The position numbers and the translations under genes are program-made. From contig OZ024740.1 in assembly GCA_964016885.1 (NCBI GenBank), forward strand, positions 338,210,001 through 338,274,000: a stretch of DNA of 64,000 nucleotides. The letters run 5' to 3'. Numbering within the stretch: the stretch's first letter is position 1; each line of letters opens with the position of its first letter. Shown here one piece after another: positions 43,174-57,430 of the stretch. The notes under the pieces were generated by a model that saw nothing but the letters and a program-made list of their open reading frames with translations, did not search any database and was not told where the DNA came from. Source of the stretch: Eledone cirrhosa (taxonomy: Eukaryota).

Positions 43174-43470
43174 AGTGGATTGGCAGTATCGGTAGAGGGT
43201 CGGACGTCATGCTTTCCAGCGTGTTACGTCCCTTTACGAACTGAGTTCAAATCCCGCCGAGGTTGACTTTGCCTTTCATCCTTACGGGGTCGATAAAATA
43301 AAGTACCAGTAATGCACTGGGTAATTGCTGGCCTTGTGCCTAAAGTAGAAACAATTATTGTACATATATAAGGTTGACTTTGCCTTTCATCCTTACGGGG
43401 TCGATAAAATACAGTACCAGTAATGTACTGGGTAATTGCTGGCCTTGTGCCAATAGTAGAAACAATTATT
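43174..43470 (+). mobile_element. tRNA SINE family A plus duplicated 3' half
   Basis: TGGATTGGCAGTATCGG, GAGTTCAAATC, and the central domain present twice. Confidence 0.85.
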
Positions 43471-43682
43471 GTATATATAGATAATAAGTAGTAAAGGTGA
43501 CAGAGCACTGATTCCACCAGGAATAAGGTCATGATAAGATATCATTCCTGACTAAAAAATGAATTACCATTTTTTGCAAAAATGTTTCAAGTTCAGTCTC
43601 ACTGTACAGACCCTTTTGCAAAAGTCTTTTACTACAGCCTCATTTCATTGTTAGGAGGAAATTATACAGAACTTCATCGATG

Positions 43683-43717
<35 letters not shown>

Positions 43718-43735
43718 ATGCATACATGAATACAA

Positions 43736-43927
43736 ATAATTGTTTCTACGTTTGGCACAAGGCCAGAAAATACCCAGTGCATTACTGGTACTTTATTTTA
43801 TTGACCCCGTAAGGATGAAAGGCAAAATTAACCTCGGCGGGATTTGAACTCAGAATGGCAAGGGCCGTAACTCTATACGTCAAAGCATGCCGTCCGACCC
43901 TCTACCGATACTGCCAATCCACCGCCA
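43736..43927 (-). mobile_element. full tRNA SINE family A
   Basis: 15-bp TSD ATGAATACAAATAAT on both sides; A and B boxes present. Confidence 0.9.
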
Positions 43928-44377
43928 TGAATACAAATAATGATCGGAAACAACACAGTACAACGAAGAAATATATTAAATTAATGCTTGATATAATAAG
44001 AAAAGTGTCGTTACATTTCAGACACTAGTGCTTCATCAAAAGATAGAATGAGCAATATTGTGATAGGGAGTGAAAAGAGGAAGGAACAGAAACAAAATTT
44101 TGAGAAAATGCATGTGCGTATTCAGTCATCGATTTGTGTGTGTGTGTGTGTGAATTTGTCTGTTCTGGTGATTATGTCTATCTGTTTTTGTTTATGTCCG
44201 TTAACTTAACAGTTTGATGAATAGAGATTGATGAAATAAGTACTGGTACTGATATGATCAAGTATACTCTTCAAGAAAGACAGTGCTCCAGTATGGTTTC
44301 AATGAAATGACTAAAACCAGTAAAAGAATAAAAGAATATATATATACACCCCAAAAAGTTGTTATTATTGTTTAGCC

Positions 44378-44590
44378 CTAGCAGTATTGGTAGAGCATCA
44401 GACACCATGATTTGTAGCATAGAGTTATGGCGCTTTACATTCTGAGTTCAAATCCTGCCTAGATTAGCTTTGCCTTTTGTCCTCATGGGGTTGATAAAAT
44501 ATAGTACCACTAAGCACTGGGGTCGATTTAATCAACTTTCCCCTCCCCTTCAAATTGCTGGCCTTGTATCTAAAGTAGAAACAATTATTA
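44378..44590 (+). mobile_element. older SINE family A copy
   Basis: GCAGTATTGGTAGAG, GAGTTCAAATCC, TGGGGTTGATAAAAT and GTAGAAACAATTATT. Confidence 0.75.
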
Positions 44591-45099
44591 TTTAGCCCTT
44601 GGTCAAACCTTGTTGTTCCTACCTATGATCAAAGGCATTCCATCCCTGACCACACTATCATTTCTCTACGTGCATGGAACCCAGTTCTACATAATCCAAA
44701 ATTTCTTTTTGAAAAATACTGAGTTATTATTTGAGGAAGATTTGGCTACTATTTTTGGCAGGTCAGGCAACTATGTAAAGGCTTACTTAATGATTTATTC
44801 CCCAGAAGAGTTGATGTAATAGGTGGCAAGAGGCAGTGTTGACAATGTAGTGTGAGTTATCCAATAGTTTTGCTTTTTATAAAAGATCCCTCAAACAGAC
44901 AATATCTATATCCCTATATACTAATACCTATATATTTTATGTAAGATTAAATAGTTAATTTATGTAACACCATCTAGATACCCTATTTAATAACATCAAG
45001 GTAGCTTATATGACTATACCTTGGTGACTTTCTTAACAATTTCTATGTCCCTATCTAACAACTATTTATCAGAGTTTTCTCAAATTGACTGATATCCCA

Positions 45100-46270
45100 C
45101 ACCAGTGGGCAATTTCAACTGTTGGTTGGGCCAGAAAATGGTGGGCGATAGGAAATTTTGGTGGGTGATATAAGATTTTGAGTATTAAGAAAGTATTGTA
45201 CAATTCTTAAACATCACAATGTCTCCATTTAAGAAACTTTGTCATCAATACAACATTATTTATTTATTTCATGGATTTATCACTTCCCCTGTGTGTCGTA
45301 ACCAAATATTAAGTCATGAAACCTTCATGTTTAAAGTATCATTTATATTCTAAGCTTGCTCACCAGAAGGAAAATCCTTGGTCATATTTCCTACAACTTA
45401 AGACCTCATTCGAAAAGCAGGAAATGCTGACTTCAGAATTTTAGAAGGCAACTGTGCAGCAAGATAACGGGATGATTGCATTATATATCATTGGTCGCAA
45501 AAGTTCAAAAGTTCTACATTATAGGAGAAACATTACTACAACCTGTTATTACAGAAATTCTCACGACTGTAATGCATAAAATACCTGTCACAATTATGAA
45601 GACAATTCACAATTTCTCGACATTAGACGAATGGACCCTGACATCAAGTATCAACTCATCCATACATCTCTGGAGTTCTTAGTTTTCCGTACACATTGAC
45701 GAATCAACAGTTGTCAGTGCTTAATGATGGTGTATGTTGAGTTTTTTTAATGAAAATATTCAACCTTGGTAGGAGATGCTGTTCACTGATCAATTGGTGC
45801 TTGACTCAAAATGTATGTCCAATTTAGATTTATTGAAGCTCTTCTTTATTGAGCATAACATCCCATTGAACAATATTGTTGTCTGTGCATCTGATGTAGT
45901 GTCTACTATGGTAGGTAGATACAGGTTTTTCTTCTCTCTTAAAAAATGAACATTCACATTCTGTTTTACTCACCAGCAGCAATTGGTGAAAAGATATCAA
46001 TGGCAGGCTTACTGATGTACTGCAGTTAGTTATTAAAACTGTGAACAAGCTAAAATCAAATTCTTTGTCTGAATAAATCTTTTTTCAAATCTGCCTTGAC
46101 AATGATGATGACTATATGAGGTTTTTGTACCAAACTGAAGTATGATAGCTGTCAAAAGGCAACCCTGTTGTCTATTTTGTCAAATTGTTTGATAAAACAA
46201 TAATTTTTTCCCAAAACACTCCACTATCCACTTCTCTCATTACTTAAAAATGTGACATTTTTTCCTTAGT
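45100..46270 (+). mobile_element. degenerate hAT (Charlie/ZBED5-SCAND3-like) transposase remnant
   Basis: Fragments translate YISLVAK..IGETLLQPV..EIL, HIDEST, VNKLKSNSL and (H/Q)TEV..LSKGN. Many stops. Confidence 0.65.
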
Positions 46271-47382
46271 GAAATATGTGCTAACCGTAACCATAAAACT
46301 AACTGTGACTATAAAACTAAATTATATCCTTTATAATTGAATTTAATAAAATACAGATTTAAATGGCCAAGTTAGGTTTCATTTTTTTCTTTAATACGGT
46401 ATCATCATCATTAGCAGCATCTGCATAAAGTCAGCGTTATTTTTTACCTACCTTTGGTATTTTTTACTACATCCTAAAAAGCCAGTTTACAAATCAGTAA
46501 CAAACTTTTACCAAACATTTTTATTATGCTTTTGAATATTTACTATACAGGTGAGCAGGGAAAATATCTTCCATGTAAAAATGGGCGATGATGCAAAAAC
46601 GTTTTGGGAGCCTTAATACATATTGATACATTGTGTGCTGAGTAGCCAAAGTGCATGATAAAGTTATATCTGTATATATACAGAATACAGCTGAATTAAA
46701 TTGCATAAATGTGTATATGAATTGAGACATTTTTAGTATTTGGACATGTAAACATGCCAAATATATGTATTTCCCTATGAATTGAAAAACAATAAGTACC
46801 TTGAATTGATTTTAGAAAATTGCTTCAAGGTATTTATCATTTTCTTGATTTACAGAGAAATGTGTATATTTAGCATGTTTACATGAGGGAGTTATTGTCT
46901 TGCTGTATTGACATACATTTCTATGACATTTTTAAACCTGGCAGAGCCCATCTCTTCTCCAGGCCAGAATACAGCAAATTTCTTCCAGAGGATAGAGAGT
47001 AAGAGGATAGAAATGAGAAAAAACATAGAGGAAGAATCAACCCTCTGTATATGACTAGTACTTTTTAATCAACCTCAAATGGATGAAAGGGAAAGTTGAC
47101 CTTGGCGAGAAGAGAGCTGAAATTAATGCCACAAAGCATTCTATCTGATTCTCTAGAAACTTTGCCAATTCACTGGCATTATGTTTATATGACTATATAT
47201 TAAAAATATGTAAATTTATATACACATTTATGCAGTCTCAGTTAACCTCTATTTTGTATATATCAAGGGCGATGACACACAACCATGACCTCTGGTGTCA
47301 CGCAGTAATACAGAAAACCTGACTTCCGATGGGTACAAGCTGAAGCTGAAGCATATAGACAATATGCCCCCACCCCCTCCCA

Positions 47383-47580
47383 CAGTGAAGTGGTCGTGGA
47401 GGTGCCACGGCAAAAAAGCACCCAGCCCACACTGTAAATGAGGTTGGTGTTAGGAAGGGCATCCAGCTGTAGAAATCAAGCCAGAATCAGTTCCTGTATG
47501 AGCAAGACAAGGTCAGCTGACTGGACACTACCCAAAACAGGACAACCTATCTAACCCATGCTAGCATGGAAGAACGTGAT
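47383..47580 (+). mobile_element. SINE family B 3' part
   Basis: GGTGTTAGGAAGGGCATCCAGCTGTAGAAA..CCCATGCTAGCATGGAA. Confidence 0.75.
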
Positions 47581-48320
47581 TACCCATCAAACAATATCAT
47601 CATCATCATCATTGATTAACATCTATGATGATGATGATGATGATATTGTTTGACAGGTTATCACAGTATTTTATATAGTGTAGCTGGTTGTTGTTAGATA
47701 GAGACCTAGATATTGATATGCAAGTTACCTAGAAGTATTCATATAAGGTAAAATTATATCTGTATATACAAAATAGAGGTTAACTGAGACTACATAAATG
47801 TGTATATTAATTTATATATTTTTAATATATAGTCATATAAACATAAATATCTAAGTAACTTTCAAAACAACACCACCATACCCTATTAAACAATACAGAG
47901 GTAAGCTAACAATATCTAAGTACACTATATAACATTTCCTAAGTGACTTATCTCACAACATCTGAGTGCCCTAACAATACTTAGATAAGCAATGTAAAAA
48001 AAGAAATATTTCGGAAACTTACCTAAGATCATGTAAATATTTCTAAATAACTTACATAACAAATAAGCATCTATATAACTTTATTTAGGTAACTTCATAG
48101 CATCTACAAATTCTATCTAACAATATTAGTTGTAAATATAGATCGAAATTTAATTTTCATCTTTCTTATCTTAAATAAACTCTATTTCTTTCTCTACCAA
48201 GTGAAATAACTTACATATGATACACTCACTAACACAGGTATATGCAAATATATACATGGATGCATAAGCTGTGAGTGTAGTAGGGAAAAACATGCAGAAT
48301 ACTCACACACATATGCACAT

Positions 48321-48768
48321 ATCATCATCATCATCATCACCATTTTTACGTCCGTTCTTCCACACTAGCATGGGTTAGACGGGTTGTCCTGCTGTGGGCA
48401 GTGTCCGGTCGGCTGACCATGCCTTGCTCATACGGGAACTGATTCTGGCTTGATTTCTACAGCTGGATGCCCTTCCTAACACCAACCTCATTTACAGTGA
48501 GTGCTGGGTACTTTTTTTCCGTGGCGCCTACACATCCACTTTACAGTGTGGGCTGGGTGCTTTTTTGCCATGGCAACTCCACGACCACTTTGCAGTGGAA
48601 TGATAGGGACCCCAGTCCTATCATCTCATTGCTACAGCTGAGTAAACTGGAGCAATGTGAAATAAAGTGTCTTGCTCAAGGAAACAACACATCTCCTGGT
48701 CCGAGAATTGAACTCACAACCTTTCGATTGCAAGCCCAATGCTCAAACCACTAAGCCATGCACCTTCC
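48321..48768 (-). mobile_element. full-length SINE family B
   Basis: tRNA head (TGGCTTAGTGG, GAGTTCAATTC), central domains and an RTE-like tail ending (ATG)n. Confidence 0.9.
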
Positions 48769-51700
48769 ATACAAATTACATATGCACATTCACACATAAA
48801 TATTTGTATAATGATATCATCATTGCTGTGTTTCTGCACCAGTTTAACATGTAATTTATTTCATTTACTGTAGATATTTATCTGTGAATCTGTAAAGCTT
48901 CTGTAACTACATGACTATCACACGGAAAAGAACTAATAGTATTCTGGAAAATTATTCAATAAAATACAACCAATACTGATGTTGTCAAATTCTCAACTGC
49001 TCACTTTCCTTTAGTTATTATACACAGCTTTGACAACACTCTAGTACTTTCTATGTTAACTAGACTTGTATTGAGAAAAAGTTATTTTTTTCATGAACCT
49101 TTCTTGTTCTAGTTAAAGACAATGTGAACAACAGCCTGTAGCCAGTCTTCTTTCTTTTGTGACAGTTTCCCATTCTCTGTTCTGTATGATAGAATAAAAT
49201 TATAATACATTTCCTGCTGACAAGAATTCTCTTTAGTTTTGCACATGTATTATGCATTGGTGCAGATACAACATCCTGTAGAACATACACACATACACAC
49301 ACTCACATGCACAAAATAAACAAAAACAACAAAACAAGATCATAAACAACATAGTATGAGAATGCTGTTAATAGAATTTTGGTATGAGGTTTAGTCAGGT
49401 ATGTGTGCACTCTGACAGTTGTAAAATAGATTGGTTTAATTAAGCTGACTAATCAAGACAGGTGGAAGGCCCAAGGATGTTATTATGTCCGATGTTGGTT
49501 ATAGCTGCAAGAAGTTTAACAAACTTATGCATCAGTGATAAAGAAAATTATCTGTGTATAGTGAGTGTCAGAAGTTAGTAGTGCCTAGAGAATATGATGG
49601 ATATAATGTTTAATCTAGCATGTGAATGTAAGGAACCAATTGAGGCAAAGCAACCTTCTAAATGTAACCAATATTCTGAGGAATCAAATATTTTCTCCAT
49701 CAAAGATGTTAACAGAATGAAGAATTGGGTACTAGATAGTAATCTAAATTGAGTGGTTTAATATAGTGTAGGTGGTGTTATTTGGCCCCCAGGTCAGCTT
49801 TGATACAGCAGACCTATAATCAAAGATGTTCCTGCCAATACTGTCATGGCTTTCATTTCGACCTAGTATGTGATATTTAGACATACTTTGATAACAGTTT
49901 ACTCATTAGGTACCAATACTGCATGAAAAAAATCTCTATCTCTCTATCCTTTACACTATCTATTCCATTCCTTCAGAGAGGTGGTTGGTATAAGAGCCTG
50001 TATGAGGAATAAGTCACTTCGGTACAAGAGCTGGCAGAGTTCCAGTTAAATACATTAGCATCATAATAATAAGGATTTTCTTCGTTTTTTTGGGATAATA
50101 GACAAAGATGATTTAACTTCATGTCTAACAGGACAAACAATAACATAGAAGCTCATATATTTGCTTATAATATAGTTTGGTGGGAAGAGATGAAGAAAGC
50201 TGGGTGTAGCTGTAGAAGAACTAACCTTTGATTATTCAAAAGTGAGTTTATCACTGACTGGGTTAGAGTTTCAATTAGGGTTAGGATGAAAGTGACAGTA
50301 AGAGCAGTGATAAAAATGAATATGGAAGGGAGTAGAGGAAAGGGTAAATCAAGAAAGACTTAGCTAATGGAGATGAAGGAGAACATCAAAGAATGGGGGT
50401 TAGTGAGAGGGATGTAGAGGATAAGGTAAAATGGAGAGGGCTACCACAGGACAGGGCCCACAATACTAAATCCTGTTTATGGTTGGATGAATGGCCTTAA
50501 AACACTTGTTTAGCTGTGTTGCATTTCACAGAAATCAGCTTCAGAAGCATTGGTGGGACACATTTTATTTCCAAAGAATATTCTCAAGATGTGAACAATG
50601 TAATGACCGAACAAATACGATCACAAATATAAATGGCCAAAATAGGGTCACTCTGAAGGGTCTTTGGAGTAATATTACTCAATAGAGTGCATAGCTTGGA
50701 GATCAGAGACTCGCTCCATATAGAGCTGCTACTTCTTTGAATTGAGAGATCAGAGCTCCACTATTATGGGAATGTGGTTAAAATATCTCAGGAAAGAATT
50801 GCTGGACAGATTTTACGGGCCAAAACAACCAGCAGGAGACCCAGTGGTAGACCCCCAGCAAGATGATTGGATAACATCCATGACATCAGCTGGTCTTGCT
50901 TGGGGATTCAGCCAGATCAGTTGGAGATGGTTACTTCTGACAGCACCCACTGCCTCTTCTATGAATAAGTGGGTGAAGAAGATGTGAACACAGCTGCAAT
51001 GTAATAACATAGTTATATACTAATTTTGTCTGTTTCTGTTGCTGCTGTTTCCAAGAAATTGTACCTCAACATGATACTTTGTATAGATAGATAGTCTGAA
51101 TATATTTAGAGTTATGTTTCTTCTATGAAAAACAGATGCATTCTTGAACAATTTGGCTGACATCAAAACATCTTGGCCAGCTTTGACTGATTAAGAATAT
51201 TTAGGTTCAACAAATTAACCCATGCTAGTGAGGAAAAATGGACGGTAAATGGTGATGATGATGATGAAATTAATATAAATAGAGTAACACTGGTCAGGAA
51301 CTAGAATTAGTTTATATTTATTAAAAGATAATAATTTGTAAAGGAAAAACAATAATTTCTAACGTTGGCATCATTAGCATTTGTAGGGTTTAACATGTGT
51401 ATTTGACTGAATTGACACAAGTATATAGCTGGTACTTATTTTACATCCCACCACACTACTCTGAGATGAATAAAAAAATTTTTTTTAATTCTAACAGGAT
51501 TTAAATGCATTTGATTTTGAACAACATTCAATGAATTTTGTCCCTCTGTATTTTTAGAGGGACACAATGTATTACAAACCAGCTTTTAGGTAGATATTCT
51601 GTAATTTCTACCACACTACCTCATTGTTTAATGATAACAACAGTTACTATTTTAAAATAGGCAAGAACTAATATGTGGAGTAAGAGTTAGACAATTGACT

Positions 51701-51939
51701 GCTACTTTGTTTATTCAACCTAGGGAAGATGAAAGGTAAAAGTGATTTCTGCAGAATTTGAACTCAGAGAGAGAAGTGCTGGAACAAATGCTGCAGAACG
51801 CTAATAACTCTGTCCCATCTTAAAAATAGGCTATTGATGTGCTTCTCACCAATATTTATCATTTGATTGCCTTTTGAATTTTTCAAACTCTGTTTCCATC
51901 TTTTCAATATTCACACCATCATCATTGTCTAATTTTATT

Positions 51940-53000
51940 TCTTCATTCATCATTATATAGATAAAAATAGTCATTCAAATGATTATGAAGCTTAGGATGT
52001 CTCAGACGAGAGGTTTTTGCATATTTTACATGCTTTCCTTTGTCCTCAAAAATCTGCCATCCATATTCATTGTGCTTCTCTTCTCCATCAGCATAATATG
52101 ATTGAGGGGTGCTGTCAGTTATGACCAAAGGAGAGAGGCCCTGATCGTCAGCTCTTGGGCCTGAGGATGAGGTATCTTTTTTGCTATTACCTGACCTTTT
52201 GCTGATGGTGCTTTAAGAACTCCAGTTTTTGCATCTCTGCTGTTCTCTTCTTTTATGATTTTTATGTTCTTACAGGCAAAAGCATTCAAATGGCCCATAC
52301 TTTCACATGTGTAGTCGTTGGGTTTTCTGTCCTGAAACATTGGTTTCATTGATAATGAAGCACAGCTAGTACGATTACCATGCAGACTCCATTCAGCTAT
52401 ATGTTATTTATAGTCACTTTGGCTCTCACCTCCATCTTTTCTGGTATTTTACTATTTTTCGATAATGATGTAGCTGGTTTTATTTGTTAGTTGAGAAAAT
52501 GGTGCCACCAGTGATTGTCATTTTTATAGTGATAGTAACAACTGCTGCTGTCTTTGATACCTTGCTTGGATATTTGGATCCAATGATTGAGTTGTTGTTG
52601 TTGCTGTCATCGTCGTTCCTGCTGTTGGTGACATTGTTAACACTGTCATTGTTGGTGATGGTCTTGTTATTTTCTCTGCAGTCTCTGAGATTCATGGAAT
52701 TGTTGCTGGCAATGTTGTCATTGGTGGTGGCTGTATTGTTGTTTTGTTGTTGTTGCTGTTGTTGTCTTTGCTGTTATCCATAACATTGGTAACACTTTTG
52801 TTGTTGCATTGTTACTATTGTGTTTACTGTTTCTGTTGTTTGCACTACTTTGATGATGATGGTGGCTGTATTGTTGTTCTTGTGTAGCTGTTATTGTTTT
52901 GTTGGCAGAGCTAATGTTTGTGTTGTTGATGTTGTTTAGTAGTAGAGATGACTGTATCTTTGCAGCTGTTGTTGAACAGTGGAAAGTATTTTTGTATTGA
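51940..53000 (-). pseudogene. decayed N/T/Q-rich ORF with degenerate CCHC knuckle (retroelement ORF1/gag-like?)
   Basis: Chain of short minus-strand ORFs. FQDRKPNDYTCESMGHLNAFAC resembles a Cx2Cx3GHx4C knuckle. Confidence 0.35.
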
Positions 53001-53267
53001 CATAAAGACAATGAATGTAAAACAATAATAAACAATAAGTAAAAAAAGAAATTCTATTTTTAAGATTTGGTGTATAACATCTTCACAGTGTGATGTTATT
53101 CTAATGCTTTCATATATAACTGATAATAGGGTGAACTCTTATAAACAAGCATGAAATAAGTTAACACTAACCACCACTTTTCTTTCCAATAGTAGATGGC
53201 AGATCTGATCTGATTAATTTTTTTCTCTCAGCAATTCTGTTTCTATGACAACCAATATACATTTCCG

Positions 53268-53519
53268 ATCATCATCATCATCATCATTGTTTAATGTCCA
53301 TCTTCCACGCTAGCATGGGTTAGACGGGTTTGTCCCATTTACAGGAAAGTTGGGATTGGGTGACCATGTCTCGCTCATATAGGACTGTTTCTGGCTGATT
53401 TTCTATGGCTTGATGTCCTTCCTAGCGCCAACCACATTTACAGTGTGTGCTGGGTACTTTTCGCCATGTCTTTTACACAACCATTTTACAGTAGAAGTTT
53501 TGTGGAATCAACATAACAT

Positions 53520-53574
<55 letters not shown>

Positions 53575-53860
53575 TGGTATATATATATATATATATATAC
53601 ACACATAGTCTATATATATATATTTGTGTGTATATACACATATCATCATTACCATCATCTTATGTCTATTTTCCACGCTAGCATGGGTTAGATGGGTTGT
53701 CCTGTTGTGGGCAATCCTAGGACAGGTGACCATGTCTTGCTCACACTGGACTGGTTTTGGCTTTGTTTCTGTAGCTGGATGCCCTTCCTAACACCAACCT
53801 CATTCACAGTGTGTTCTGGGTGCTTTTTGTTGTGACGCCTACACGACCACTTTACAGTGT
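53268..53860 (-). mobile_element. two SINE family B 3' fragments
   Basis: (CAT)n plus CCACGCTAGCATGGGTTAGA at about 53300 and about 53670. Confidence 0.75.
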
Positions 53861-54500
53861 GGTCTTGGGGCCTTCACTGGATGCATTTATTTGGTGTATG
53901 GGGGTGTTTGGGAGGGTGGGTTGGGTTGGGGCACACTGTATATAGGCTTCGGCTTGTGCTCCTGGGAAGTCGGGTCTTCTGTATTACTGTGTATCACATG
54001 TCCATACCAATGCAATCTCCTCTCCTGCAGACAGTATTTGAGTTCTCTTTCAGTTCATTTATGCTTCACCGTTCTCGTATATTACTATTACACATCTATC
54101 GGAACATGCAAGCTTCATTTCTTTCCAATATATACACATATATATATATATATAATACATTATAAAGAAAGAATATGTATATGCATGTATATGTATGTAT
54201 TCACATGTATCTGTGTATTTCTCATTATTGTCTATAACCCCCTACGCTAGAGTAACCACGGAAGTATAGTGATTGCTCTCAAGCTAATACTATGTACACT
54301 TCCAGCCTCCCTTGCCCCCCCCCCCTCCATCTGTAGCCAGCCTAGGTATTAATACCCCCTCCGCCATTTGTGGCATTTCTCATGGCTATAGGGGACTTAG
54401 CTCTGTATCTTGACCACTATATCACGGGATAAATCACCCCTCCGCCTTCCCGGGATTCTCTCTCGCGCGATGCGGAACTATTTTGAAACTTTATATGAGG

Positions 54501-54596
54501 TATTCTCTTGATAAGTTGGCAAACCTCACTAGAATACTACATCTCCATGATATAGGATTTTTGCAAAGTAGCCACGAATCTGTAAAGTCGAGAATG
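54501..54596 (+). ncRNA. degenerate hammerhead in a PLE-like terminal fragment
   Basis: tattctc TTGATAA g tggc..gcca c GAATC tgtaaa GTC gagaatg. The 7-bp stem I is intact but the core is mutated. Confidence 0.45.
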
Positions 54597-54833
54597 TGAA
54601 GAAATAATAGGTATTTATTTATTTACTTATTTATGTTTCTTCTTCTTTATAATGTATTATATAGCTGTCATATAGAGTCAATTTAATTCATTCAGATTAT
54701 TTTGTCCCTCTTAATCATAGAGCAACAATGGTTAAGGTTGGCAACCACAATCTCAGATATTTGTGAAAGATATATGTGTGTATATGCATGTATATGTATG
54801 TATTCACATGTATCTGTGTATTTCTCATTATTG

Positions 54834-55260
<427 letters not shown>

Positions 55261-57383
55261 AGGAGGAGGTTATAGTTCACTTGAAGCATTGTGTAATGAG
55301 GTATAAACGTTAGAATATGTGTAATAAGGCCAAGACAATGCAGATATGGACATAGAAAAAGAATGCAATAGTGAGAGATATTGATGAGAATTCGTCTTTC
55401 ACCTTGAATTTATTTAAATGTCCTTAATTTTCGAGATAATATCTCTTCTTCGGAGGGAAGTAAAAGTCTCAGACCAGCGTCTAAATTTCCAATGAAGCCA
55501 TGCTGACCGGAAATAGTATAGAGTTCTAACTTTAATATCAAAGAATTAAAATTAGGTGGGTAAAGAGTAGTCTCCCTTTAAGAGGGGTTTGTTTATGTTT
55601 TTGTTGTGTTTTGTAAATTTTATATGCGTGCCTGTATATGTGTGTGGGAGAAAGCATGAAGGTGTAGGTATGTGTGTGTGTGAGTGTGGGAAGATAGGTC
55701 TAATCGTAAAAGTGGGGGGTAGGTGTTATCTGGTGTTAGAACTGGTTTTGTGTGTGTATGTGTGAGAGAGAATAAGTGGAGGTGTGTGCGTGCGTGTGTG
55801 TGGGGTGTGTAAAGTGGGGCTAGAGGCCTTATCAGGTTATAAATTGGGTGTTGAGCTCTAGTCTATTATTGATTGGTGGATGTGTTCTATCTATAATGAG
55901 TGCTTCCTTGATTCTAAGATTACCGAGGTTTCTTTCTTTAGTTTCTATCCTAACTGTTATGTTTTTATCAGTGTTTTTGCATTTAACTAGGTGTTTCTTA
56001 AATGAGGAAGCGTTAGTATTGAGGTGTTCTTTTATTCTTATGTGGAGTGGTCTGGTGGTGCTACCTACGTAGAAGTTGTTGCATTTGTCACACTCTAGTC
56101 TGTAAACTACGTAAGCCTGGTGGCATAGGTCTGTGTCGTTGATGGGGCAGTTGGCTAGTCTGCAGCAGTTGTCATGTCTGGTGGAGTGTCTCTTAGCTAG
56201 CCGTCCACGCAAAGAAGGACCCGAATGGGCCAGTTGAATATCCAGACCTTCTCGTCTGATGGCTCTGCGGATGGCTGTTGTTGTTTCTTCACTGAAGTGT
56301 GGGAGCTTCAGGAAGCAAGTGTTAGTGCCTCGGGTGTGGTGTCCTCTGTTCTTTCTGGCACGGTTTGTGGTGGATGTCGTGTATCCGTTCAGTTTGAGTA
56401 CTTCCAGACAACAACAGCCATCCGCAGAGCCATCAGACGAGAAGGTCTGGATATTCAACTGGCCCATTCGGGTCCTTCTTTGCGTGGACGGCTAGCTAAG
56501 AGACACTCCACCAGACATGACAACTGCTGCAGACTAGCCAACTGCCCCATCAACGACACAGACCTATGCCACCAGGCTTACGTAGTTTACAGACTAGAGT
56601 GTGACAAATGCAACAACTTCTACGTAGGTAGCACCACCAGACCACTCCACATAAGAATAAAAGAACACCTCAATACTAACGCTTCCTCATTTAAGAAACA
56701 CCTAGTTAAATGCAAAAACACTGATAAAAACATAACAGTTAGGATAGAAACTAAAGAAAGAAACCTCGGTAATATTAGAATCAAGGAAGCACTCATTATA
56801 GATAGAACACATCCACCAATCAATAATAGACTAGAGCTCAACACCCAATTTATAACCTGATAAGGCCTCTAGCCCCACTTTACACACCCCACACACACGC
56901 ACGCACACACCTCCACTTATTCTCTCTCACACATACACACACAAAACCAGTTCTAACACCAGATAACACCTACCCCCCACTTTTACGATTAGACCTATCT
57001 TCCCACACTCACACACACACATACCTACACCTTCATGCTTTCTCCCACACACATATACAGGCACGCATATAAAATTTACAAAACACAACAAAAACATAAA
57101 CAAACCCCTCTTAAAGGGAGACTACTCTTTACCCACCTAATTTTAATTCTTTGATATTAAAGTTAGAACTCTATACTATTTCCGGTCAGCATGGCTTCAT
57201 TGGAAATTTAGACGCTGGTCTGAGACTTTTACTTCCCTCCGAAGAAGAGATATTATCTCGAAAATTAAGGACATTTAAATAAATTCAAGGTGAAAGACGA
57301 ATTCTCATCAATATCTCTCACTATTGCATTCTTTTTCTATGTCCATATCTGCATTGTCTTGGCCTTATTACACATATTCTAAC

Positions 57384-57390
<7 letters not shown>
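55261..57390. mobile_element. 5'-truncated PLE (GIY-YIG end, possibly Nematis/Neptune-like) present as a ~983-bp inverted repeat
   Basis: Arms 55302-56284 and 56408-57390 with a 123-bp spacer. Protein: CRLANCP..LCHQAYVVYRLECDKCNNFYVGSTTRPLHIRIKEH..LRIKEALII..PPINNR. A ~40-nt tail is on the left arm only. (TA)n on both sides. Confidence 0.9.
57236..57271 (+). ncRNA. minimal hammerhead-like motif (mirror copy about 55421-55456, minus strand)
   Basis: cct CCGAAGA a gagata t tatctc GAAAAT TA agg. U4 is replaced by C. Confidence 0.45.
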
Positions 57391-57427
<37 letters not shown>

Positions 57428-57430
57428 ATA

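Noticed and set aside
43174-43260. tRNA-like A/B boxes
   Set aside because: SINE heads that do not fold as full cloverleaf tRNAs.
49060-49302. 80-aa minus ORF after an acceptor-like CTACAG
   Set aside because: No recognisable protein features or partner exons.
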